Positions 1-8,139 of a stretch of 64,000 nt of DNA are shown piece after piece. A program made the translations under genes and the position numbers. Under the pieces are notes generated by a model. That model had not been told where the DNA came from. It made no database searches and worked only from the letters and a program-made list of their open reading frames with translations. The number at the start of each line of letters is the position of its first letter. The stretch's first letter is position 1. The stretch is from Anaerolineae bacterium (GTDB lineage: Bacteria > Chloroflexota > Anaerolineae > Aggregatilineales > J027), in NCBI GenBank assembly GCA_034437655.1, contig DAOTTU010000001.1, positions 1,017-65,016 on the forward strand. The letters are read 5' to 3'.

Positions 1-17
1 AAAACGTTGAGCTAAGT

Positions 18-54
18 GGTAGCGTGCCTCTCACCACTGAGCGGCCACGCTACC
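18..54 (-). terminator. Stem-loop about 20 nt downstream of the last gene of the photosynthesis operon (possible terminator, no clear U-tract)
   Basis: ggtagcgtg (18-26) is the exact reverse complement of cacgctacc (46-54). An inner ctca/tgag pair lies in the loop. There is no adjacent T-run on the minus strand. Confidence 0.3.
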
Positions 55-73
55 CACGAACATCACAAACAGG

Positions 74-649
74 CTAACTATTGTTGATCTCGTCCTGGTA
101 GGCACGGAGCCCGTCCATGTCACCGTTTTGCAATAATTCAGCCTGACGCGGCCAGGTGCTGGCGGTGTTGCCCACCACGCGGCCACCTTGCGCCCGGACA
201 GCTTCTTCAAGTTGTTCACCAGTCATGGCAGCAACTTGTTCGAAGGTGGTGATGCCAGCGGCACGTAGCGCTTCAATTGTCTTCGGCCCCATGCCAAGGA
301 TCAGGCTGAGGTCATCTTCGACACCAGCCGGTTCAACAACTTCCATATCTTCATCGTCATCAACCACCTCAGCTTCCACAACGGGCGTATCCGTCTGTGG
401 TAGTTCAGGTGGCGCTTTGACTTCTTCAATAGCGGTTGGTTGTACACCTGCGGGGCGAATAAGCACTTTGGCCCCAGAGGGGGTTTCGGCGTTAAAGGCC
501 ATCGTGACTGGTTCGGTGACCAGTGAACGACGCAGATAAGAGCGGCGGGCATTGACGTCTGTCAAAACGGCGAAGAAGATAAACCCGAGGACGACCACCG
601 CGAGCGGACCGTAACAGATCAGGATTGCATTAAAAGGAATATCTAGCAT
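74..649 (-). CDS. Membrane-anchored protein with a C-terminal helix-hairpin-helix (H3TH / COG3743-like) domain
   Basis: 191-aa ORF. It has an N-terminal hydrophobic helix (ILICYGPLAVVVLGFIFFAVL) and an acidic linker (VVDDDEDMEVVEPAGVEDD). The C-terminus carries the HhH motif LILGMGPKTIEALRAAGITTFEQVA. It lies 13 nt downstream of the DUF169 gene on the same strand. Confidence 0.6.
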   Translation of the reverse strand: MLDIPFNAILICYGPLAVVVLGFIFFAVLTDVNARRSYLRRSLVTEPVTMAFNAETPSGAKVLIRPAGVQPTAIEEVKAPPELPQTDTPVVEAEVVDDDEDMEVVEPAGVEDDLSLILGMGPKTIEALRAAGITTFEQVAAMTGEQLEEAVRAQGGRVVGNTASTWPRQAELLQNGDMDGLRAYQDEINNS

Positions 650-662
650 TTCGTTCTCCGAT

Positions 663-1394
663 TCATTCAGCAGATTCTTGTTGAGCGTAAGACGGCATAA
701 TCACCTCGCGCATCTTCTGCGGGTCAATGCGGAAGTTTTCAACCAATTCAACAACGTATTTAAAGTGGTCATGCGGGAGTGAAACGAACAGGTCGCCCCC
801 CGTCAATTTATTAAATGCACGGCCGCCACCATCCCCCAGCGCATACACGCTATTTTGCAAATGGTACGGCGCGGCAAAGATTGATGAACAGGCAGAAGCA
901 CCCAATTCACCATGCGGAAATGTACCTTCGCGCACAGAAACAGCCCCGGCAATTTGCATGGCTTGCTGTGCATTACAGACACACACCATCAAGTCTACCT
1001 CGACGCCTTCAGGAACATCGTTGAGGGGGGCTGCTGCCAGCGCCGTAATCGCACTATCGGGTAGCGAGTAGCTTTGCTGTTTATTGCAGCGGGCCCCCTC
1101 TTCCGTAAAGAAACCCTGGGCCATCGTCAAGTATTCACCATCAGTGATAAAATCATCCGCGTCCGGGTTGAGGCCAAGGTGGTACTGCCCCACCCAGCAG
1201 TCATGGTGTTGGGCGTTCACGTACACGCGGCGGCCGTCTTCGGCCAGTTTCACCAGCATACAGGCTGGAACGTTCACGGGCTCGTACCCTTCCGGCACTT
1301 CCCCTCGAATGAAAGAAACGGCCACAGGTTGGCGCTTGACACGCATACGCCCGGTCAAAATATCGTTTAAGTAGGTCAGGTCAACAGCGGTCAT
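663..1394 (-). CDS. DUF169-family protein, function unknown
   Basis: The track ORF 663..1520 was trimmed to the ATG at 1394 (MTAVDLTYLN...), which follows AAGGAGA and lies 13 nt after the bchX stop. The family call rests on recalled resemblance (PVAVSFI...ACMLVKLAEDG...HHDCWVGQYHLGL). Confidence 0.6.
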   Translation of the reverse strand: MTAVDLTYLNDILTGRMRVKRQPVAVSFIRGEVPEGYEPVNVPACMLVKLAEDGRRVYVNAQHHDCWVGQYHLGLNPDADDFITDGEYLTMAQGFFTEEGARCNKQQSYSLPDSAITALAAAPLNDVPEGVEVDLMVCVCNAQQAMQIAGAVSVREGTFPHGELGASACSSIFAAPYHLQNSVYALGDGGGRAFNKLTGGDLFVSLPHDHFKYVVELVENFRIDPQKMREVIMPSYAQQESAE

Positions 1395-1407
1395 GAATGT
1401 CGTCTCC

Positions 1408-2586
1408 TTAGTGGAACGAGGGTGCGTTGACTTGACGCACGTCAATTTGCGAGAAGGTCTGGCCACTGCGGAACAGCGCCGCGAGAAACGCTGATTTTTC
1501 GTGCAGCTCGATTGCCTCACCGATCAAAATCTCGGTGGCGCCTGAGGTTACAGTGATCCCGTCGTCGTCATCGCGGTCTAGCCCGGTGACATGCACACCA
1601 ATCGCCTCCATCATTTCCTGCACTTTGGCCTGTGTCGGGTCAGTGGTTAGCACCTGGCGCACTGGCATCAGCGGAATTTCCTGCATGATGGTTGGCGTAG
1701 ACGGAATGTCTGCAAACAGGTCTGCATCGGACGCTGAATCAGGTACACCGGGCGGTTTCTGCGCATCAAACACGGCCAGGAACTCGTCGTATTCCAGCGG
1801 CGCATAGTCGGTGCAGGGCGGAATTTCGTCCTGAGCAATGCGCCCGGCCAGATCACCAAAAAGCTGGTCAAATTCTGGCACTTCAAATGAGAGCTTGCAC
1901 GCATCGGCTAGCACACGCACACGCTGATTGAGCGGGACGCGCATCAAAATCGGAATGCCAGACGCCGCCGCGTAACGATCCGCAGTGTCGGTGCCATCGT
2001 CGCGATTGACGATCATGCCGAGGATTTGCGTGGTGCCGCCCATCGACTGGAAGTATTTCGCAGCTTTGGCGATGTTATTAGCCGCATAGAGCGATTGGCG
2101 GTCATGCCCGACGACAATGATGATTTGCTCGGCCAGGGAGCGTGCCAGCGGCGTTGCAAAGCCACCACACACCACATCGCCAAGAAAGTCCATCACGATA
2201 AAGTCCAGGTTCCAGCGCGAGAGGCCAAGGCGTTCCAGCACTTTAAAGCCGTGGGAAATTCCCTGCCCGCCGCAACCACGTCCCACATCTGGCCCGCCGA
2301 TTTCACAGCCAAACATCGGAACGCCATCACCAACTTCCGTGCGAAAAATCACGTTACCAACGTTCATGCTGTCTTCAGTGTCAGCGTCTTTGTGCGCTCG
2401 CCAGACATCACCAAGTGTCGGCAATGAGTGCCCACCGAAAATGGTATTGCAAGAGTCGTGCTTGGGGTCGCAGCCAAGCTGTAAGACCCGGAAACCGTCT
2501 AATGCAAGGCGTGCTGTCAGGTTAGAGGTTGTAAAGCTCTTGCCAATGCCGCCTTTGCCGTAAATTGCTAACATACGTGCTGTCAT
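1408..2586 (-). CDS. bchX: Chlorophyllide a reductase iron protein subunit X (NifH/BchL/BchX family) with a long C-terminal extension
   Basis: P-loop YGKGGIGKS, CDPKHDS, GGPDVGRGCGGQGI and LGDVVCGGF cluster-ligand motifs. AAGGAGAG RBS. About 110 extra C-terminal residues lie beyond the conserved core. Confidence 0.85.
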   Translation of the reverse strand: MTARMLAIYGKGGIGKSFTTSNLTARLALDGFRVLQLGCDPKHDSCNTIFGGHSLPTLGDVWRAHKDADTEDSMNVGNVIFRTEVGDGVPMFGCEIGGPDVGRGCGGQGISHGFKVLERLGLSRWNLDFIVMDFLGDVVCGGFATPLARSLAEQIIIVVGHDRQSLYAANNIAKAAKYFQSMGGTTQILGMIVNRDDGTDTADRYAAASGIPILMRVPLNQRVRVLADACKLSFEVPEFDQLFGDLAGRIAQDEIPPCTDYAPLEYDEFLAVFDAQKPPGVPDSASDADLFADIPSTPTIMQEIPLMPVRQVLTTDPTQAKVQEMMEAIGVHVTGLDRDDDDGITVTSGATEILIGEAIELHEKSAFLAALFRSGQTFSQIDVRQVNAPSFH

Positions 2587-2610
2587 TGTGTTCTCTCCTT
2601 GGCTATGCTT

Positions 2611-3582
2611 CTACTGTGTACCTTCAGCGTCCCACTCGAGGACGATCTTCAGGCAGTCGCGGTCGTTCATGGCGATGTCATATGCCTCAGCAACCGCTGT
2701 GATGGGTCTGGTGTGTGTGAGTAGCGGCCCGACTGACAGCGTGCCAGCGGCGATCATATCGCGACAGCGGTCGAGGTCGCCGGGTGCCCATTCTTTGGCC
2801 GTTAATAGCCGTGCTTCTTTGAGAAACAGCGGCATATAGGGCACGGAAAGGATCTGGTAGTAGCCAAGTAGCAGGATGGTTCCGCCCTTGTCGAGCAATG
2901 GCAGCGCCTCCGCAAGCGCCTGCATCGAACCACTGGCTTCTATGATGTATTGAACAGGTTCTTCAAGGGTGTCTTGTAGCGACGTTTCATCAACATTAAT
3001 GATGGCGTCGCCTTCGGAAAAACTGAGGCGAGTCGGGTTTGGGTCACTGACCGCCACCCATGCACCAGCCTCACGGGCAATCCGCGCAGCAAGTTGCCCC
3101 ACAACGCCCTGCCCAATAACCAGCACCCGTTCGCCGGGTTGGAGTTCAAGCAGATCAATACCATGTAGCGACGTTGCAGTCAGTGCCATCATCACGCCAT
3201 GCCGTGGTTCAGTGAAACCATCCAGCGGCACAACACGTGCAGCATCGGTGAACAGCGTTGCTGCCTGCCCACCCCATGCCGCGTTAATGCCGTCGTAGCA
3301 AAATGATCCACCCACATACACCCAGCGCCCCACAAGGTCTTGCGGTGCATCAACGCCAGCTTCGACCACCCGCCCGACTGTTTCATAGCCGGGGATGACC
3401 GGGAGCTGTTGCATGGGGTGTTGCATCTGCCCGGCCAGCAACATGCGCTCGGTACCTGCACTGATTGATGTGAAGGCCGTGCGAATGATGACATCGGCGG
3501 GCCCCGGTTCACGGAGCTTGACTTGTTGTAGGCCCACGTGACCGGGTTTGGAGATCACAACTGCTTGCGTGTTCACGTTCAT
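2611..3582 (-). CDS. bchC: 3-hydroxyethyl bacteriochlorophyllide a dehydrogenase (MDR / zinc-ADH fold)
   Basis: 323 aa with an MDR-type fold (GHVGLQQVKL...ISAGTE; Rossmann VIGQGVVGQL). It sits between bchF and bchX, the typical bchFCX context. Confidence 0.8.
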   Translation of the reverse strand: MNVNTQAVVISKPGHVGLQQVKLREPGPADVIIRTAFTSISAGTERMLLAGQMQHPMQQLPVIPGYETVGRVVEAGVDAPQDLVGRWVYVGGSFCYDGINAAWGGQAATLFTDAARVVPLDGFTEPRHGVMMALTATSLHGIDLLELQPGERVLVIGQGVVGQLAARIAREAGAWVAVSDPNPTRLSFSEGDAIINVDETSLQDTLEEPVQYIIEASGSMQALAEALPLLDKGGTILLLGYYQILSVPYMPLFLKEARLLTAKEWAPGDLDRCRDMIAAGTLSVGPLLTHTRPITAVAEAYDIAMNDRDCLKIVLEWDAEGTQ

Positions 3583-3591
3583 ACTCCGAAC

Positions 3592-4071
3592 TCAGACAGC
3601 CGCTTCTTGTTGGAAAGCAACACGTTCTTTGTGGCCGCGCCAGCCACGATAGGCAAACTGGGCGAAGTTGATAATGTAAGTGACATAAGCCACCAGCATC
3701 AGCGTCATTATTGAGTCATGCGACCAGCCGAGGAACAACGCCACGAAATACAGGTTATGGGTAAACATCGCCACAGCATTAAAAGCGTCTTCCCAGAAAA
3801 ATTCAGGGGCAAGGAACCATTTACCGTACATTTCCTTTTCCCAGAACATGCCCGTCACGGTAATCAGCCACATCAGCAAAATTTTCAGCAGTACGCTAGC
3901 ATTGGCGATGGTGTAACCGTCCCCTGTGGTCAGGTAGTTCACGATCAGGGCGAAGCTGATGAAAAAGGTCAAAAGCTGCAACGGTGCCAGCACCATTTGT
4001 ACTTTCGTCCAGATGCTGTTGTTGCGCTTGTCCATCAATTCACGTGAATAGTGTTTTTTTTGTATGTCCAT
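3592..4071 (-). CDS. bchF: Chlorophyllide a 3(1)-hydratase (2-vinyl bacteriochlorophyllide hydratase)
   Basis: 159-aa polytopic membrane protein. Its N-terminus (RNNSIWTKVQMVLAPLQLLTFFISFAL) resembles BchF. It lies 9 nt upstream of bchC. Confidence 0.8.
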   Translation of the reverse strand: MDIQKKHYSRELMDKRNNSIWTKVQMVLAPLQLLTFFISFALIVNYLTTGDGYTIANASVLLKILLMWLITVTGMFWEKEMYGKWFLAPEFFWEDAFNAVAMFTHNLYFVALFLGWSHDSIMTLMLVAYVTYIINFAQFAYRGWRGHKERVAFQQEAAV

Positions 4072-4142
4072 AATGAAATCCGTCCTATCCTTTAACCCTC
4101 ACCGTACCGTATGACGGTGCTGCTCATAACTGCAAAAAGTCA

Positions 4143-4997
4143 TTATAAAATGGTTAGATACTCCTCTGGTTTTTCGATCATGGGCATATGACCACAGTCT
4201 TCGATCCAAATCACCTCAGAGTCGGGAATGATTTCGGCGGTACGGGCAACGTTCCCCGGCGGCATCATCTGGTCATACCGACCGATCACCAGCAGCGTTG
4301 GCACTTGAATGCGAGCGCCTGCGTCGGGGATGGCATCGCTGGGTGCATCATTTGCACACGCAACGGCCGTACCCGCATCAAGTTCTAAGTAGTCAAGCAA
4401 GCCTTGCTTCAACAGTGCGTTGTCGTCTGGCAAACGATGGAAGTAACGCATTCCCATCATTTGGGGTAAGCCGGGCATGTTCGCCAACCAGCTTGGCCGC
4501 AGCGGCATCGTCAATTTAAAGACCTGCATCACACCGTGATAAACTTGCTTTTCCCATGTTTTCAGGAAGAAGCTCAACGACGTCAACACCAGGCGCTCCA
4601 CACGTTGAGGTTGTGAGTCTGCCAGAAGAAGTGCCATCGCGCTTCCCATGGAATGACCCACAACCTGCACGCTGTCCAAAGCCATAACTTCAAGGAGGTC
4701 AACCAGGGTTTGCACCTGGTCAAACATGTCTTGAGGGGTACTAACGGGTTGAGAACGCCCCGTCCCCGGCAAATCGGGCACAATGACAGTAGTTGTTTCG
4801 GAAAGAGCAGCGGCCGTGCTTGCCCAATAGCCACCCGTACCGCCCCACCCATGAATCAGGAGGATGGGCGAAGCATCACCGGGTTGGCGTGCAGACCACA
4901 CATCCACAACCAACACACCTGTGTCGATTGTGAAGCGATGCGTTGCTTTGTTCGTGGACAATTCATCTAAACGCTGTGTCTTGTAGGTAGTCGTCAT
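4143..4997 (-). CDS. Alpha/beta-fold hydrolase (possibly BchO-like), function unknown
   Basis: HGWGG oxyanion-hole motif, nucleophile elbow GHSMGS, and a C-terminal catalytic His (DCGHMP). Its start overlaps the puhE stop as TAATG at 4995-4999. Confidence 0.7.
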   Translation of the reverse strand: MTTTYKTQRLDELSTNKATHRFTIDTGVLVVDVWSARQPGDASPILLIHGWGGTGGYWASTAAALSETTTVIVPDLPGTGRSQPVSTPQDMFDQVQTLVDLLEVMALDSVQVVGHSMGSAMALLLADSQPQRVERLVLTSLSFFLKTWEKQVYHGVMQVFKLTMPLRPSWLANMPGLPQMMGMRYFHRLPDDNALLKQGLLDYLELDAGTAVACANDAPSDAIPDAGARIQVPTLLVIGRYDQMMPPGNVARTAEIIPDSEVIWIEDCGHMPMIEKPEEYLTIL

Positions 4998-5866
4998 TAG
5001 ACAGGCTCTTTCAATGCCTCTGCTGAAGCCGTTTCGACTGGCTTCGTTTCAAAATGGGCAGATGGTGGTCTGGATTCATCATCAAGGGCATTATTGTGGT
5101 GCAGCACAATTTCCCATAAGCGGTCAGGAAGCGGCAACATCAGCACCCAGTGTTCAAGCAACCCAAGCCCGATCATGGTCGCCACCAGGAAGTAGCCGGC
5201 AGCTTCAGCGGTATCGGTGATGCGCAACGACGCCTCAAAAAACAGAATGACCACCGCTATCGTTGACCATGCCACTGACATTGGGAACAGCACATTGTTT
5301 GACTGCTTGCCGAGCAACTTGCCAATGTACTGCATTTTGGCGGGCAGCAGCTCAATACGAAAGTTACGGACCCCCATAAACACATTCAGTTTGGCACTGC
5401 TATGCATGACTAACAGCGCTAAATACATCCACAGCGCCCATTGGTTGGGGGAGTCCCATGTCAACGCCGCCAGCACCACCGCACCGACCACCACCAGCAC
5501 CTCGTGATAAATACTGAAGCGCAAGGCTGCATTAAAGCGGGTGAGCAAGTCTTGGCCGGCAGCATGTGCGGTGCGCCCCGCGAGGTTATCGTCGGGCCCG
5601 GTGACAAAGCCGAGATAGTACCCGGCTACCTGCCAGCCCCACAGCGTCACGCCACATGTCACCGCGAGGTATACATCAATCGGTTGCATACTGTCGCGGG
5701 TTAGCACCACCCCCCCTATTGCCAGGGGGAGCAGCAATGTACCGAACAGAAATCCACGCCGCATGACCTGCACAGAACGCCCATATAGCGCCATAACAAT
5801 CCCTGTCGAAAACCACCACAGGAACACGGCATAGGTGATCGGCAGCAGCGCGTTAAGCACAGACAT
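4997..5866 (-). CDS. puhE: Photosynthetic complex assembly protein PuhE (DUF3623 family)
   Basis: 289-aa polytopic membrane protein with a WWFSTG motif near the N-terminus. It sits in a bch/puf context. PuhE homologues are known from purple bacteria and Chloroflexus. Confidence 0.7.
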   Translation of the reverse strand: MSVLNALLPITYAVFLWWFSTGIVMALYGRSVQVMRRGFLFGTLLLPLAIGGVVLTRDSMQPIDVYLAVTCGVTLWGWQVAGYYLGFVTGPDDNLAGRTAHAAGQDLLTRFNAALRFSIYHEVLVVVGAVVLAALTWDSPNQWALWMYLALLVMHSSAKLNVFMGVRNFRIELLPAKMQYIGKLLGKQSNNVLFPMSVAWSTIAVVILFFEASLRITDTAEAAGYFLVATMIGLGLLEHWVLMLPLPDRLWEIVLHHNNALDDESRPPSAHFETKPVETASAEALKEPV

Positions 5867-5870
5867 CGGT

Positions 5871-7073
5871 TTAGCGGGCTCCCGGCATGTAGTGCCGCAC
5901 TTGCGACACGATAATGTCTCCGGTCATCCGCATTTGTGCCAGCCAGGGCACGGTCGCCATTTCTTTGAACATGTACGACTCAAACGTGAGTTGCTGCACA
6001 TCCTGGTTCAGGCACATGTCTGTGAAAACTTCCATCTGGCGCGGGTTGCCGTAACCCCAAACCTGTAGCCAGCGTAGGAAACGGTACATAAAACCGTATT
6101 CTTTCCACCAGCGCTTTTCGTAGCGGCGGAACGCTTGCTCAGAAAAGTCCGGCGTCGTTTCAAGGATCGTCTCGGCGGCGCGTTGGGCACTTTTCATCGC
6201 CCAGTAAATGCCTTCGCCAGATGTCCCCGCCACCAGCCCGGCTGCATCCCCCACAAGCATCACCCGTTCAAAGGCCATGTGCTTGCGTGGATGAATCGGT
6301 AGAGCGTGGGCTTCGCGCATGAAGATGTCGCCACCTTCGATGTCAGCCGACACACGGGCTTTCAAATTCTCAAGCAGTTGCTTCATTTCTTTGGTCTTGC
6401 CGGGGCCAGCACCACAACCAACAGCAACGTGATCTGCCTTGGGGAACACCCAGGCGTAGAGGTCCGGGCTAACTTCTTTGCCGAGGTACAGGTGCGCGGT
6501 GTCGCCCCATGCGCCGTTCATCTGCTCGTCAGAGAGACGAATGCGTTCTTGAATGGCGACACAGTGCGGCACACGCTCTAAACCAAGCAGCTTGGCCGTA
6601 GTAGAGTATGCGCCATCTGCACCGATAACGGCATCAACGCGGGTGGTGACTTCCTGATTGGTAGCCTTTAGCTTGTACGTGGCATCCACGCCGTCAGCAT
6701 CGACGCGCAGCGCTGTCAATTTGGCTTCAACAAGTTCGGCCCCGGCATCAACGGCGCGTTGCCGCAGCCAGGGGTCAAGGTCTTCACGGCGAACCATTGC
6801 AACATAGTCGTTGTCGCGAGGGTGAATGCCCGTCACAGGGAAGCGGGCGGTGCGTTCAGTCGGCGAATGGATTTGCGCGTGGTTGACCTTGCGCGAAATC
6901 AATGAGGTCGGAATGTCGAACTCGTCAAAAGCCACGGGCGGCATGGCACCCCCACAGGGCTTGACAAAAGACAGGTCACGTTCGAGCAAAATAACGGGTA
7001 CACCAGCCTGGGCTAAGGTGTGTGCGGCGGTGGAACCCCCAACAGATGCACCAACAACTAAAATAGGATTCAT
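5871..7073 (-). CDS. bchP: Geranylgeranyl-bacteriochlorophyll / geranylgeranyl diphosphate reductase
   Basis: FAD fingerprint VVGASVGGSTAA...LLER followed by KPCGGAMP. 400 aa. Adjacent to bchG. Confidence 0.85.
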   Translation of the reverse strand: MNPILVVGASVGGSTAAHTLAQAGVPVILLERDLSFVKPCGGAMPPVAFDEFDIPTSLISRKVNHAQIHSPTERTARFPVTGIHPRDNDYVAMVRREDLDPWLRQRAVDAGAELVEAKLTALRVDADGVDATYKLKATNQEVTTRVDAVIGADGAYSTTAKLLGLERVPHCVAIQERIRLSDEQMNGAWGDTAHLYLGKEVSPDLYAWVFPKADHVAVGCGAGPGKTKEMKQLLENLKARVSADIEGGDIFMREAHALPIHPRKHMAFERVMLVGDAAGLVAGTSGEGIYWAMKSAQRAAETILETTPDFSEQAFRRYEKRWWKEYGFMYRFLRWLQVWGYGNPRQMEVFTDMCLNQDVQQLTFESYMFKEMATVPWLAQMRMTGDIIVSQVRHYMPGAR

Positions 7074-7114
7074 GTCTAAAGACTACCTTTCACAAACAGT
7101 TTCAGTGTAGACAG

Positions 7115-8035
7115 CTACAGCCCACGAATACCCACAGCCGTAAAGATCATGCCCCATACAAAGAAGGTGACACCGATCGCGCTGAATTTGAGGTAATTTT
7201 CCATGGGTTGCTGTACAAAACGACGTTGAAGGGGCAATTGCACCAGCATGACGCCAACGATGACAATTGCAAATAATAGTTCACCCCACAGCAAGAAAGC
7301 GGCAATAACGCCAATTTGGGACAGGTTCATCGTAAGGACAATGAGCCAGGCGGCGCGCTGCGGGCCTAACAAAACCGGGATCGTGCGGATACCACCGCGC
7401 TTATCCCCGTCGATACTCTTATAATCATTAATACTCATAATCCCATGCGTGCCGAAGGAATACAGCAACGCCATGAGAACAGTTGCTTCAGTAAGTTGAC
7501 CGAAGGCAAGGTGTCCAGCAATCCAGGCCAGACCTTCGTAAGAAACAGCAACAAGGCTATTACCCACCCACCCGTTGCGCTTGGCACGGAATGGTGGTGC
7601 GCTGTAGGCGTATGCCAGGAACATGCCCAGCGTGACGGCCGTCAGCACTTCAAGTCCAAGGTACAGCGCCATGCTGACACCGAGGAAAGTAAGTACGGCA
7701 ATCGTCAACATCACCTGTGAAATAGAAACCAGACCGGCTGGAATAAGTCGATTGGGTTCGTTGACAGCATCAATCTCACGATCGAAGTAGTCATTCATTA
7801 CCTGGGAAAGCCCACATAGTATCGGGCCGGCCATGATGACCCCTAGCAGCAATCGTCCGGCATTTGAAACATCCCAGAGCGTCGCACCACTAGCGATTGC
7901 GCCACAAAGAAACGCCCACATAGGTGCAAACCATGTGATTGGCTTCATCAACACGATCGAACGTGCCAGCAGCGCCGGGCGCTCTGGAGGGATCGAAACG
8001 TTTTTCATTGATTGCAGCGGTATGTTCATGTACAC
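7115..8035 (-). CDS. bchG: Bacteriochlorophyll a synthase (UbiA prenyltransferase family)
   Basis: UbiA motif NDYFDREIDAVNEPNRLIPAG and a polytopic membrane profile. The track start at 8035 is GTG; an in-frame ATG at 8029 is an alternative. Confidence 0.85.
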   Translation of the reverse strand: MYMNIPLQSMKNVSIPPERPALLARSIVLMKPITWFAPMWAFLCGAIASGATLWDVSNAGRLLLGVIMAGPILCGLSQVMNDYFDREIDAVNEPNRLIPAGLVSISQVMLTIAVLTFLGVSMALYLGLEVLTAVTLGMFLAYAYSAPPFRAKRNGWVGNSLVAVSYEGLAWIAGHLAFGQLTEATVLMALLYSFGTHGIMSINDYKSIDGDKRGGIRTIPVLLGPQRAAWLIVLTMNLSQIGVIAAFLLWGELLFAIVIVGVMLVQLPLQRRFVQQPMENYLKFSAIGVTFFVWGMIFTAVGIRGL

Positions 8036-8139
8036 GTTAGATCCAATCGTTGATACGGGTTATGAACCGTAAAACTCTCGTGCAAAAATAAGCGAGCAAG
8101 CCAGAAACAAAGACCCTGGCCTGCCCAAGACGCAAGCGA

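Noticed and set aside
31-219. 62-aa minus-strand ORF at the window start
   Set aside because: It overlaps the better-supported 191-aa HhH protein gene in another frame, and it covers the downstream hairpin.
663-1520. N-terminally extended versions of several track ORFs (663..1520, 13568..14155, 15513..18545, 20013.., 27325.., 29377.., 32894.., 39099.., 42052.., 48565.., 59272..)
   Set aside because: The extensions overlap the preceding gene or lack an RBS. Downstream in-frame ATGs with SD-like sequences coincide with the conserved protein N-termini.
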